Source of the DNA: an uncultured Gemmatimonadota bacterium
GTDB taxonomy: Bacteria; Blakebacterota; Blakebacteria; Blakebacterales; CAYUVJ01
Length of the DNA: 64,000 nucleotides
Assembly: GCA_964519015.1 (NCBI GenBank)
Contig: CAZFHZ010000001.1
Span: forward strand, 5,476 to 69,475
Direction of reading: 5' to 3'
The number at the start of each line of letters is the position of its first letter. The stretch's first letter is position 1. A program made the position numbers and the translations under genes. Below are positions 9,507-18,086 of this stretch, in pieces. The notes under the pieces are model-generated. The model was not told the DNA's origin. It saw nothing but the letters and a program-made list of their open reading frames with translations, and did not search any database.

Positions 9507-9736
9507 GGCGGATCTCCCTGTTCGTCCGCACTCCCGGTCGCCCGGGGCCTGACCTTTGCCCGGACCGTGTGACCAAGCGCGATCACCAACCCTATCAGGA
9601 GAAGTATGGGCGGTTCCATGACCAGATTCTGACCTGTCCTGCAACCCGGCGACGGGTAAGGACGTATACATTGTAAGCATCTTGATCTGAGCGGGCTCCG
9701 CCCCGCCGACCACCTTCTGATCCGGGAGAGGAAACG

Positions 9737-10915
9737 ATGCGCTGGACCTCTGATTCCTCCTTCTTCCACCTGCCTCCCTCGCTGCCAGCGGCCGCACTGA
9801 TCGTTTGGGTCGCGGTGCTCTCTGCGAGCGCCACCAGGGCACAACCGCTGCACCGGAGCGAACCGGAGGGTGCGGCTCGGCAGGCCGCAGCCCCCCGCCT
9901 GGTCGAGCGGGCCTCCTTCGTCGACCAGACCGAGGGGGGGAAGGCCATCCTCTACCGGCCCTCCTACTTCATCTTCGATCCGGACGGCAACGCCTACATC
10001 CCCGACCCTGGCGCCCATGCCATCCTGGTCTTCGACCGGGAACTCCGGCTGGTGCGCCGGATCGGCCGGGAAGGTGAAGGGCCGGGCGAGATGAAATGGC
10101 CCTGCGCGGTGCGGATGGCCTCCGATGGTTCGCTGGCGGTGCAGGATCCCGATAACCACCGCGTGAGCTACTTCTCGACCGCGGGAGCGTTCCTGCGCAG
10201 CGAGCGGTTCAGCCAGGGGCAGAGTTACACCCTGACCTCGAACGACGACTACATCCCGGTTCCGGGGGGCGGTTTCCTCAGAGTCGAGTGGATGTACTAT
10301 CAGGAGCGTCGCCGGACCCGGGAATCGGACCGCCCCCTGCTCGAGATCGTGGACCGGGAGGACCGGGTCACCCGGAGCCTGGGGAACCACCGCATGCACG
10401 AGGACAGACGGATCGCCAGCCTCCTGAGCAGTGTCGTCATCACGGTCTCTCCCTCGGCGAAGGTGGTCGCCGCCTTCGAGTACTCGCCGGAGATCCACGT
10501 GTACGACCTCGCCTCCGGTGTCCTTGAGCAGTCGATCATCCGCGAACTCGAGTTCAAACCGGCCGATCCCGCAGTCAAGGAAAGAACCTACCGTTCACCC
10601 GACGGGCTCACGACGAGCCGGCGGATCGAACCGGTGGCCGACACGGTGTCACTGGATGTGGCCATGGACAAGGAGGGACGGATCTGGGTGCTGACCCGAC
10701 GGGTCGATCAGGAGAAAGGGGACACCCTCGAGGCTGAAGAGCGGTTCGGTGAGTTGGTCAAGCTCGAGGTGCTGGGTCCGGACGGTCGACCGATCGCGTC
10801 CTGGCCCCTGGCCGATCCGGCCAGCCGGCTGGCGTTCGATCCGTTCGGGGACCTCTGGCTCATGGACCGCAGCTACAATATGACCATCCGGCGTTACGAG
10901 GTTGTCTGGCCTTGA
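9737..10915 (+). CDS. NHL-repeat / 6-bladed beta-propeller secreted protein.
   Basis: The signal peptide is AAALIVWVAVLSASATRAQ. NHL-like motifs include IFDPDGNAYIPD and GREGEGPGEMKWP. This is a paralog of the 18087..19157 product. Confidence 0.6.
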   Translation: MRWTSDSSFFHLPPSLPAAALIVWVAVLSASATRAQPLHRSEPEGAARQAAAPRLVERASFVDQTEGGKAILYRPSYFIFDPDGNAYIPDPGAHAILVFDRELRLVRRIGREGEGPGEMKWPCAVRMASDGSLAVQDPDNHRVSYFSTAGAFLRSERFSQGQSYTLTSNDDYIPVPGGGFLRVEWMYYQERRRTRESDRPLLEIVDREDRVTRSLGNHRMHEDRRIASLLSSVVITVSPSAKVVAAFEYSPEIHVYDLASGVLEQSIIRELEFKPADPAVKERTYRSPDGLTTSRRIEPVADTVSLDVAMDKEGRIWVLTRRVDQEKGDTLEAEERFGELVKLEVLGPDGRPIASWPLADPASRLAFDPFGDLWLMDRSYNMTIRRYEVVWP

Positions 10916-10972
10916 GCGAAGAAAGCGGTGTACCCGGGAACCATCCGACCGGGAAGGGATCCGGCCGACGAT

Positions 10973-11878
10973 TCACCGGTGTTTGAGGAAGGTCCCTGCC
11001 TGGAACTCGGCGAAGGCCTGCTGCAGCTCCTCCCGAGTGTTCATCACGATCGGTCCGTACCAGGCTACCGGTTCCTTCAGCGGCGCCCCCGATACGAGCA
11101 GGAAACGGATCCCTTCCTCTCCCGCTTCGACCACGACCTCATCACCGTTATCGAAGAGCACCAGCGAGCGGTCGTCCGCCCGCTCGGGGGGAGTGGTGTC
11201 GAGCCAGCCGACGCTCTCGGTCGGCACGGCCAGCGGGCCGGAGGCGTTGCCGAAGGTGCCCGCCCCCTCGAAGACGTAGGCGAAGACGTGGCGGGAGGTC
11301 TCCACCGGCAGGTGCTTGCGCAGGCCGGCCGGAACCCGCACATCGAAATAACGCGGCTCGGCCGCCACGCCGTCGACCGGCCCGCTCCGGCCCCAGAGTT
11401 CGCCGCAGATGACCCGGACGGTGGTCCCGTCGTCGTCCACCACCTCGGGGATGTCGGTAGCCCGGATGTCCTGGTAGCGGGGAGCGGTCATCTTGAGCGC
11501 CGACGGCAGGTTGGCCCAGAGCTGGAAGCCGTGCATCCGGCCGGAGGCGTCTCCTTTGGGCATCTCCTGGTGGATGATGCCGCTGCCAGCGGTCATCCAC
11601 TGCACGTCGCCGCCGGCGATGGTGCCGGCGTTGCCCAGACTGTCCCCATGGTCGACCTCGCCGGCCAGCACGTAGGTGATCGTCTCGATACCCCGGTGGG
11701 GATGCCAGGGGAAGCCGGCCAGGTAGTCCTGCGGCCGCTCATTGCGGAAGTCGTCGAGCAACAGGAAGGGGTCGTAGGACTCCGTGTCGCCGAAACCGAA
11801 AGCCCGGCGCAGGTGGACCCCGGCCCCCTCGAGGGTCGGCCTGGCCTGGATGAGTCGTTTCACGGGACGGATGGACAT
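10973..11878 (-). CDS. Pirin family protein (bicupin).
   Basis: The start MSIRPVKR is preceded by GGAGG. Pirin N-domain metal ligands lie in WHPHRGIETITYVLAGE. The ORF track extends further 5' into GC-rich non-coding sequence. Confidence 0.85.
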   Translation of the reverse strand: MSIRPVKRLIQARPTLEGAGVHLRRAFGFGDTESYDPFLLLDDFRNERPQDYLAGFPWHPHRGIETITYVLAGEVDHGDSLGNAGTIAGGDVQWMTAGSGIIHQEMPKGDASGRMHGFQLWANLPSALKMTAPRYQDIRATDIPEVVDDDGTTVRVICGELWGRSGPVDGVAAEPRYFDVRVPAGLRKHLPVETSRHVFAYVFEGAGTFGNASGPLAVPTESVGWLDTTPPERADDRSLVLFDNGDEVVVEAGEEGIRFLLVSGAPLKEPVAWYGPIVMNTREELQQAFAEFQAGTFLKHR

Positions 11879-11934
11879 GGCGACCTCCTTATCGTTCGTC
11901 CTGGATATTGGACGCCGGAGGTCCGGGATGTGAT

Positions 11935-13539
11935 TCAGTCCCTTCCTTCGGTACCCGTCCGCAGCCGCCGGCGCAGCTCGAAAGGGTCGGCGCCGGGCAG
12001 GCCACGCACCCGGCTGCTGAGGGCGTCGAACAGCTCCTTCAGCCGGCGGTAGGTCTCCCGGTGGGCCGGCTCGGGCCGGCAGCGGCGGGTTTCCTCCGGC
12101 ACCACGAAGGGGGCGCAGACCTCGTCCAGCGAGACCTCCCGTCCCGCCTCCCGCTGCCACACCCAGGCGGCGTGCAGGGCCGCTCCCAGAGCGGCCCCCT
12201 CCCCCGGCACAGGCACGGTCTCCACCTCGAGCAGGTCGGCGATGGCCTGGCACCAGACCGCGGAACGGGAGAGCCCACCGGTCAGGTGGATGACCTCGGG
12301 AGTCACGGGCAGGCGGCGGGAGCCGGCCCAGAGGTTCAGGACATGCCCTTCCAGCACCGCCCGGCAGAGCACCTCGGGGCGCAGGTCCTCGGCCTGGAAT
12401 CCGAACAGGAGGGGAGCGGCCAGGGGCAGGTCGGGCGTGCGCTCACCTCCGTACCAGGGGAGCAGCACCCGGCCGAGGTTACCGGGGGGAGTACGCGCCA
12501 CCGCCGCCTCGAAAGCTTCGTGGTCGAGCCCATATTCGGCCCGGACCGCGGTGTAGCCGTTGGCCATGTTCGAGACACAGAGCAGGGGGAGGTAGCGGCC
12601 GGTGGCGTCGCAGAACGAGGCGATCTCCCCCTCGGGATCCACGAAGGGCTCCTCCAGCACTGTATAGGCGGTGCCGCTGGTACCCAGGCTCACGGTGACG
12701 ATGCCGGGGCGGATGTTCCCGGTCCCGACCGCCCCGTACATGTTGTCGCCGCTGCCGGCGTCGATTCGGCAGGCCGGGTCGAGCCCGAAGCGGGCGGCCA
12801 AGGCCGGTGTGATCACTCCGATGGTACGGTCGGAGGGGCCCACCGGCGGCAGCTTGGCGGCCACCTCGGGGCTTATGGCCGCCAGCACCCGAGGAGACCA
12901 GTCGCGGGTGAGCGGACTCCAGAGCGCGGTGCCGGAGGCATCCCCCGGCTCCATGGCGGCGATCCCGCCGTCCGGGCCGCCGGTCAGGTGCCAGTTGACG
13001 TAGTCGTGCGGGAGCAGCAGGAGGGCCGTCTCGGCCCAGACTTGCGGCTCGTGGCGGCGCAGGTGGAGGATCTTGGGCGCGGTGTAACCGGGACGCTGGG
13101 TGTTGCCGACCTCACGCAACATCGCCTCCCGGCCCCCCACCGCCTCGGTCAGCAGCCGGCACTCCTCGAGCGTGCTGTGGTCGCTCCACAGCTTGGCCCG
13201 GGAGCGGGCCAGCCGGCCCGCGGCATCGAGCGCCACCAGCCCGTGCTGCTGCCCCGAGACCGAGAGGCAGCGGATGCGCCCGGCGGGCACCTCGGACGCC
13301 CTGAGTCGCTCCAACAGGGTCTCGACCGCTTCCAGCCACATCAGCGGGTCTGATTCACAGACCCCCTCCCCCAGCCCCGGCACCACCCCCTCGCGGGTTC
13401 CGTAACTAGCCAGGTCGGAATCGTAGGAGAGGGTGTCGTGGAAGAGGATTGCGCCGGCCGCCGGATCGATGACGACCAGCTTGGTGCTCTGGGTCGAAAC
13501 GTCCAGGCCGGCGAAGAGGTCCGTCCCGGCGGCGTTCAT
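11935..13539 (-). CDS. FGGY-family carbohydrate kinase (xylulokinase-like).
   Basis: The start is MNAAGTDLFAGLDVSTQSTK. FGGY N- and C-domain blocks are present (HGLVALD, GTSGT, HLTGGLSRS). The 980-aa ORF in the track is an artefactual 5' extension overlapping the MFS gene. Confidence 0.8.
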   Translation of the reverse strand: MNAAGTDLFAGLDVSTQSTKLVVIDPAAGAILFHDTLSYDSDLASYGTREGVVPGLGEGVCESDPLMWLEAVETLLERLRASEVPAGRIRCLSVSGQQHGLVALDAAGRLARSRAKLWSDHSTLEECRLLTEAVGGREAMLREVGNTQRPGYTAPKILHLRRHEPQVWAETALLLLPHDYVNWHLTGGPDGGIAAMEPGDASGTALWSPLTRDWSPRVLAAISPEVAAKLPPVGPSDRTIGVITPALAARFGLDPACRIDAGSGDNMYGAVGTGNIRPGIVTVSLGTSGTAYTVLEEPFVDPEGEIASFCDATGRYLPLLCVSNMANGYTAVRAEYGLDHEAFEAAVARTPPGNLGRVLLPWYGGERTPDLPLAAPLLFGFQAEDLRPEVLCRAVLEGHVLNLWAGSRRLPVTPEVIHLTGGLSRSAVWCQAIADLLEVETVPVPGEGAALGAALHAAWVWQREAGREVSLDEVCAPFVVPEETRRCRPEPAHRETYRRLKELFDALSSRVRGLPGADPFELRRRLRTGTEGRD

Positions 13540-14780
13540 ACTCTCCCCCCTTCTCCATTGCCGAGCCGCACCAGCCGGCCGATGGCGGCGATCCCGGCCG
13601 CCGGCCCCAGGGCCAGCACCGGGAAGCTCCAGCGCCAGCCGACACTGGCCACCAGCACCGGGATGAGCTGGATGCTGGCCATGGTCAGCAGAAAACCGAG
13701 CGAGGTCTGCAGGGTCAGGGCGGTGCCCACCGCGTGCCGGGGAGCCACCTCGGTCACGATGGCGCTGAACTGGGCGGAGTCGGCCACCACGAAGAAGCCC
13801 CAGACCCAGGCCAGCGGGGCGAGCACCCAGAGCACGCCCGTCCCGCTGCCCCCGATTCCAAAGAAGAGACCGATCAGCAGGGCACAGACACCGCTGGCCA
13901 TCATCGCCCCGTTGACCAGCCTCTCCCTGCCCACTCGGTCGGCCACCCACCCTCCCCAGACACAGCCCGCCCCGCCGGCGCCGATGGCCCCGAAGGCGAC
14001 CAGGTCGACCAGCCTGCCGGCATCCCCGGCCGGGGTGAGCGTGTGAAGGGCGCTCTCCCCGGCCACAGCCGCGGCCAGGAAGGCGGGCACCCAGGTCCAC
14101 ATGGCGTAGAGTTCCCACATGTGCCCCAGGTAACCCCCCACCGCCAGGCGGGTCGGCCGGTGCCGTATCACCTCCGCGGCCAGGGCCCAGTGGAAAGGGC
14201 GCTGCTCGAAGGGATAGGGACCGTTCCGGTAACCGGTCGCCACCATCAGGGCGGCCGCCACCGCCCCGGCCGAAGCGGTCAGGACCACTCCGCCGAAGCC
14301 CTCCGGGATGAGCGCGCAGACCAGCCAGGGGCCCGCCTTGCCCACCGTGAGCGCCCCCACCACCGTCCCGATGGCCAACCCCCGCGCGGAACGGAACCAG
14401 GTGGCGATCATCTTCATGGCCGGGGGATAGACCCCGGCCAGAAAGAAACCGGTCAGGAAGCGCCAGAGCATGGCCGGGCCGAAACCGGGGACGGCCACCA
14501 GCAGGGCGTTGGCGGCCGCCGCCAGCAGAGCGCAGGCGGCGAAGTAAGCCCGCTCGGGAAGGAGGTCGGCCAGGTTGAGCAGGGCGGCGGTCAGGGTGCC
14601 GGCCACGAAGCCGAGCTGGACCAGGGTGGTCAGCCAGCCGGTCTGGGCCGGGGTCAGCCCCCAGAGTCCCTGGAGCCGCGGGGCCACCGCGCTGGCGGTA
14701 AACCAGAGGGACATACCGAGCAGTACGGCGGCCGAGAGGAGGGCAAGCTGGCGCCAGCGGGCGGGGTGGTCGTCGCGCAT
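13536..14780 (-). CDS. MFS transporter.
   Basis: The predicted structure is a 12-TM MFS. The start MRDDHPARWRQLALL lies at 14780 and overlaps the FGGY start by ATGA. The first 15 codons are duplicated at 19157. Confidence 0.8.
   Translation of the reverse strand: MRDDHPARWRQLALLSAAVLLGMSLWFTASAVAPRLQGLWGLTPAQTGWLTTLVQLGFVAGTLTAALLNLADLLPERAYFAACALLAAAANALLVAVPGFGPAMLWRFLTGFFLAGVYPPAMKMIATWFRSARGLAIGTVVGALTVGKAGPWLVCALIPEGFGGVVLTASAGAVAAALMVATGYRNGPYPFEQRPFHWALAAEVIRHRPTRLAVGGYLGHMWELYAMWTWVPAFLAAAVAGESALHTLTPAGDAGRLVDLVAFGAIGAGGAGCVWGGWVADRVGRERLVNGAMMASGVCALLIGLFFGIGGSGTGVLWVLAPLAWVWGFFVVADSAQFSAIVTEVAPRHAVGTALTLQTSLGFLLTMASIQLIPVLVASVGWRWSFPVLALGPAAGIAAIGRLVRLGNGEGGRV
14736..14780 (-). repeat. 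Copy A of a ~45-bp direct repeat carrying a start codon and N-terminal codons (MFS gene 5' end).
   Basis: The sequence gaggagggcaagctggcgccagcgggcggggtggtcgtcgcgcat matches 19111..19157 with 4 substitutions/indels. Confidence 0.8.
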
Positions 14781-14841
14781 GGGGAGAGGATAGCGCGCCC
14801 GTGGGACACCGTCGCCACCCGGGTGATATTTTAACGACCGC

Positions 14842-14847
14842 TTGACA
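14842..14847 (+). promoter_or_regulatory. Candidate -35 hexamer (TTGACA) in the AT-rich leader upstream of the hydrogenase small subunit.
   Basis: TTGACA lies about 110 nt upstream of the ATG at 14958, in an unusually AT-rich stretch (gggtgatattttaacgaccgcttgacaatccg). I found no convincing -10 at 17±1 nt. Confidence 0.2.
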
Positions 14848-14957
14848 ATCCGCAGCCCGGATAGGAGAGTGTGGCAAATATCACAAGTTCTGCCGGCCAT
14901 CCACCCGTTTTCTACACCTGTGCCTCAACGACGTGCGAGAGGCAAGGAGGCTACTCT

Positions 14958-15911
14958 ATGTCCCGGATCTCCCGGCGGGAGTTCATGGACTGGATCGGAC
15001 GGGCGGGCACATCCGCTGCCCTGCTGGAGGTGCTGCCGCCCGGCATCCTGGAAGCGCTCCAGCAGGCGGTCAAACAGTACCCCCTCATCTGGCTCCAGCT
15101 CTCAAACTGTTCCGGCTGCTCGGTGTCGGCCATCAATACGATCCACCCCAACATCGAGAACGTGCTGCTCGACCAGATCATCCCCAACTACCAGCTCTCG
15201 CTCCGCTTCCAGCAGACCGTGATGTCGGCCTCCGGGGAACTCGCCATGCAGGCCCTCGACGAGACGCACCAGGAATGGAAGGGGAAGTACATCCTCATCG
15301 CCGAGGGAGCCGTTCCGACCAAGGAAAACGGCATCTTCGGACACATGGGGGAAAGTCAGGGGCGTCCGAGGACGCTGGCGGCGCACGTCCGGGAGCTAGC
15401 TCCGGACGCGCTGGCCATCCTGGCGCTCGGCACCTGTGCCTCCTACGGCGGTATCTCCGCCGCGGCACCCAACACAACCGGCTGCGTCGGGGTCGGGGCC
15501 TTTCTCGCCCAGGAGGGCATCACCACACCGTTGATCAACATCCCCGGCTGTCCCGCCCACCCCGACTGGTTCATCGGCACGGTCGCCCACGTTCTTCTGC
15601 TGGGTCTGCCCAAACCCGAGGAGGTCGACCAGCACGGCCGCTTGAAGCTCTTCTACGGATCAACCGTCCACCGGGCGTGCACCAACCGCGACTACATGGA
15701 CGAAGGGATCATGGCCCAGAAGCCCGGCCAGATCGGCTGCCTGCTGGAACTGGGCTGCAAGGGTCCCTTCACCATGGCGGACTGCCCCCGGCGTTCCTGG
15801 AACTCGGGGGTGAACTGGTGCATCGGCTCAGGTGGCCCCTGCCTGGGCTGCACCGAACCGGGATTCCCGGACGAGTTCTGCCCCTTCCTTACGATCAAGC
15901 AGGAGAACTGA
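14958..15911 (+). CDS. [NiFe]-hydrogenase small subunit with a twin-arginine signal, of the soluble periplasmic type (no C-terminal membrane anchor).
   Basis: A Tat motif ISRREFMDWIGRAG sits in the N-terminus. The proximal cluster block is PLIWLQLSNCSGCSVS. C-terminal Cys/His ligand sets are HRAC...C...C and C..GPC. An RBS AGGAGG precedes the ATG at 14958. Confidence 0.9.
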   Translation: MSRISRREFMDWIGRAGTSAALLEVLPPGILEALQQAVKQYPLIWLQLSNCSGCSVSAINTIHPNIENVLLDQIIPNYQLSLRFQQTVMSASGELAMQALDETHQEWKGKYILIAEGAVPTKENGIFGHMGESQGRPRTLAAHVRELAPDALAILALGTCASYGGISAAAPNTTGCVGVGAFLAQEGITTPLINIPGCPAHPDWFIGTVAHVLLLGLPKPEEVDQHGRLKLFYGSTVHRACTNRDYMDEGIMAQKPGQIGCLLELGCKGPFTMADCPRRSWNSGVNWCIGSGGPCLGCTEPGFPDEFCPFLTIKQEN

Positions 15912-15914
15912 GCG

Positions 15915-17405
15915 ATGCCAGCTCCCGTAACCATCAGACTGGATCCGATCACCCGGATCGAAGGACACCTGAGCGTCGAAAGCGTGGTGGACGAGGGAGA
16001 GGTGAAGGAAGCCCACGTCTCGGGCACCCTCTTCCGCGGCTTCGAGAACATGATCCTCGGACACTCGCCGCTCGACGTCATCCAGTTCGCTCAGAGATTC
16101 TGCGGGGTCTGCCCCACCGCCCACGCCATCGCCAGCGCCCAGGCGCTGGACATGGCTCTGGGGATCGTGCCGACCGAGAACGGCCGGGTCATCCGGAACC
16201 TGGTCGGCGGCGCCAACTGGATACAGTCGCACCTGCTCCACTTCTACACGCTCTCGGCCCTCGACTACTTCCCCGGTCCCTACACCCCCCCGTTCATCCC
16301 GCGCTTCGAGGGGGACTACCGGCTCCCCAAGGCCCTCAACGATGATCTTCTCAATCACTACATCCTGGCCCTCTCCATGAGGTTGAAAGCGCACGAACTC
16401 TCGGCGGTCTTCTCCGGGAAGATGCCCCACAGCGCCTCCATCGTCCCCGGCGGCGTCACCATCCAGCCGACGGTGGACAAGGTGACCACCTTCCTGTGGC
16501 GGCTGCGGGAACTGCGCGACTTCATCGACAACTACTACCTGCCCGATGTCATCGCGGTCGCCCGCGTGTACCAGGACATGCTCGAGCAGGGGCGGGGGCC
16601 GGACCGTCTTCTCACCTACGGTTCGTACGACCTCAATACTGAAGCGGACGTGACCCACCGCCGGCGGCTGCTTCAGATGGGCCGCCTGGTCAGCGGACGG
16701 GTGGAGAGCTTCGACCCGGCCAAGATCACCGAGGAGGTCCGGAACAGCTGGTACACCGACTCGGGACCCCGCTCTCCCCGGGAAGGGAGAACGGTCCCCA
16801 TGACGGGCAAGTCGGGCGCCTACAGCTGGGTGAAGGCCCCCCGCTACGAAGGAGAGGTCTACGAGGTCGGCCCGACGGCACGGGTGCTCTGCACCGCGCT
16901 CTCCGGAGAGAGCCCGGCCATGACGGCCATCACCGACCATGTCCTCTCGGAACTCCGGGCCGTCCCCGAGGTATTCCATTCCACCATGGGGCGGCATCTC
17001 GCCCGGGCCATCGAGACGAAATTCGTGGCCGACGCCATGAGCGAATGGATCATGGAGTTCCGGCTGGGCGAGCCGGTCTGCGCCGACTTCAAGATCCCGG
17101 ACCAGGCCTCCGGTATGGGCCTGTGGTGCGCACCGCGGGGAGCACTGGGACACTGGCTCGACATCGAGGAGGGGAAGGTGAGCCGCTACCAGGCGATCGT
17201 GCCGACCACCTGGAATTGTTCCCCCCGCGACGACCAAGGGACGCCCGGTCCGCTGGAGCAGGCGCTGGTGGGAACGCCGGTCAAGGACACCGACAATCCC
17301 ATCGAGGTGCTCCGGGTGGTCCACTCGTTCGATCCCTGCGTCGCCTGCGCGATCCACGTGCTGGACGCCCGGCGGAACGAGCGCCTGGCCTTCCGGGCCT
17401 GCTGA
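15915..17405 (+). CDS. [NiFe]-hydrogenase large subunit, group 1 by L1/L2 motifs.
   Basis: The N-terminal motif is QRFCGVCPTAHAIASAQALD. The C-terminal motif LRVVHSFDPCVACAIH is followed by a 15-aa cleavable extension VLDARRNERLAFRAC. The gene starts 4 nt after the small subunit stop and is preceded by AGGAGA. Confidence 0.9.
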   Translation: MPAPVTIRLDPITRIEGHLSVESVVDEGEVKEAHVSGTLFRGFENMILGHSPLDVIQFAQRFCGVCPTAHAIASAQALDMALGIVPTENGRVIRNLVGGANWIQSHLLHFYTLSALDYFPGPYTPPFIPRFEGDYRLPKALNDDLLNHYILALSMRLKAHELSAVFSGKMPHSASIVPGGVTIQPTVDKVTTFLWRLRELRDFIDNYYLPDVIAVARVYQDMLEQGRGPDRLLTYGSYDLNTEADVTHRRRLLQMGRLVSGRVESFDPAKITEEVRNSWYTDSGPRSPREGRTVPMTGKSGAYSWVKAPRYEGEVYEVGPTARVLCTALSGESPAMTAITDHVLSELRAVPEVFHSTMGRHLARAIETKFVADAMSEWIMEFRLGEPVCADFKIPDQASGMGLWCAPRGALGHWLDIEEGKVSRYQAIVPTTWNCSPRDDQGTPGPLEQALVGTPVKDTDNPIEVLRVVHSFDPCVACAIHVLDARRNERLAFRAC

Positions 17406-17439
17406 GGGAGAAACGGCCGGCGGCCGGGAGCGGGGGGAC

Positions 17440-17910
17440 TCACTCCTCCTGCAGCCGGCGGGCCTCCTCGCGGGCGGCCTGCAGCAGGGCCGGGAGGGCG
17501 CCGGAGACGGGCCGGCTGAGCCGCGACCGGCCCGTCGCGAGCCGGTCCGGCTCCACACCCAGGAGCACCCCGCGCAGGGGACGTCCCAGCAGGCGCGCCT
17601 GCTGCAGCAGGTGGCGCACGCCCAGTTCGTGCACCGAGAGGGGGACCCCGACGGGGTCGCCGATCTCCTCCAGCGGGAGGCGGTGGATCGTACCGGGCGG
17701 GCTCCCGGCCCGGACGGCGTCCAGGAGCACCACCTTCTCCTCCGGTTCCAGGAAGGCCAGCAGGTCGACGCCGAGCGTCCCGGCCTCGAGCAGACGCACC
17801 CCCGGCGGCAGGCCTCCTTCGTCTCTGAGCCCCTCCACGGCCAGCACCCCGACAGCGTCGTCGCCGCCCAGCAGCTGGCCGATCCCGACGACGGCTACCG
17901 ATCTCGGCAT
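17440..17910 (-). CDS. Hydrogenase maturation endopeptidase (HyaD/HybD family), convergent to the structural genes.
   Basis: The start is MPRSVAVVGIGQLLGGDDAVGV..., which resembles the HybD N-terminus. The protein is ~156 aa. Confidence 0.7.
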   Translation of the reverse strand: MPRSVAVVGIGQLLGGDDAVGVLAVEGLRDEGGLPPGVRLLEAGTLGVDLLAFLEPEEKVVLLDAVRAGSPPGTIHRLPLEEIGDPVGVPLSVHELGVRHLLQQARLLGRPLRGVLLGVEPDRLATGRSRLSRPVSGALPALLQAAREEARRLQEE

Positions 17911-18086
17911 CTGCTGCGGGTCAGGCATGCGAAGCCATCCGGGCAGGAGCCCTCTGCTAATGCTGACTCGGTGAACGCGCCACCTCGATCCCGGCATGCA
18001 TGGGAGGGAGGATAACCCCCGGGGGGGACGCCGTCGCCCCTCAGATCAAGCTGCAGATCGCTCAACTCCTGTTCAGAGAGGCGATG

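Noticed and set aside
7932-9842. 636-aa ORF as annotated in the track for the serine dehydratase.
   Set aside because: The first ~112 codons are Arg/Gly-rich junk in the divergent intergenic region. The conserved beta-subunit N-terminus begins at MTSPPPFLSIFNDV (9506).
11935-14877. 980-aa ORF suggesting a giant fusion protein.
   Set aside because: Only the C-terminal 534 aa (FGGY kinase, from MNAAGTDLF) are coding. The N-terminal half is an open frame overlapping the MFS gene on the same strand in another frame.
17406-17445. Possible terminator hairpin between the convergent hydrogenase large subunit and protease.
   Set aside because: Only weak GGCCG/CGGCC complementarity is present, with no clear stem-loop plus U-tract.
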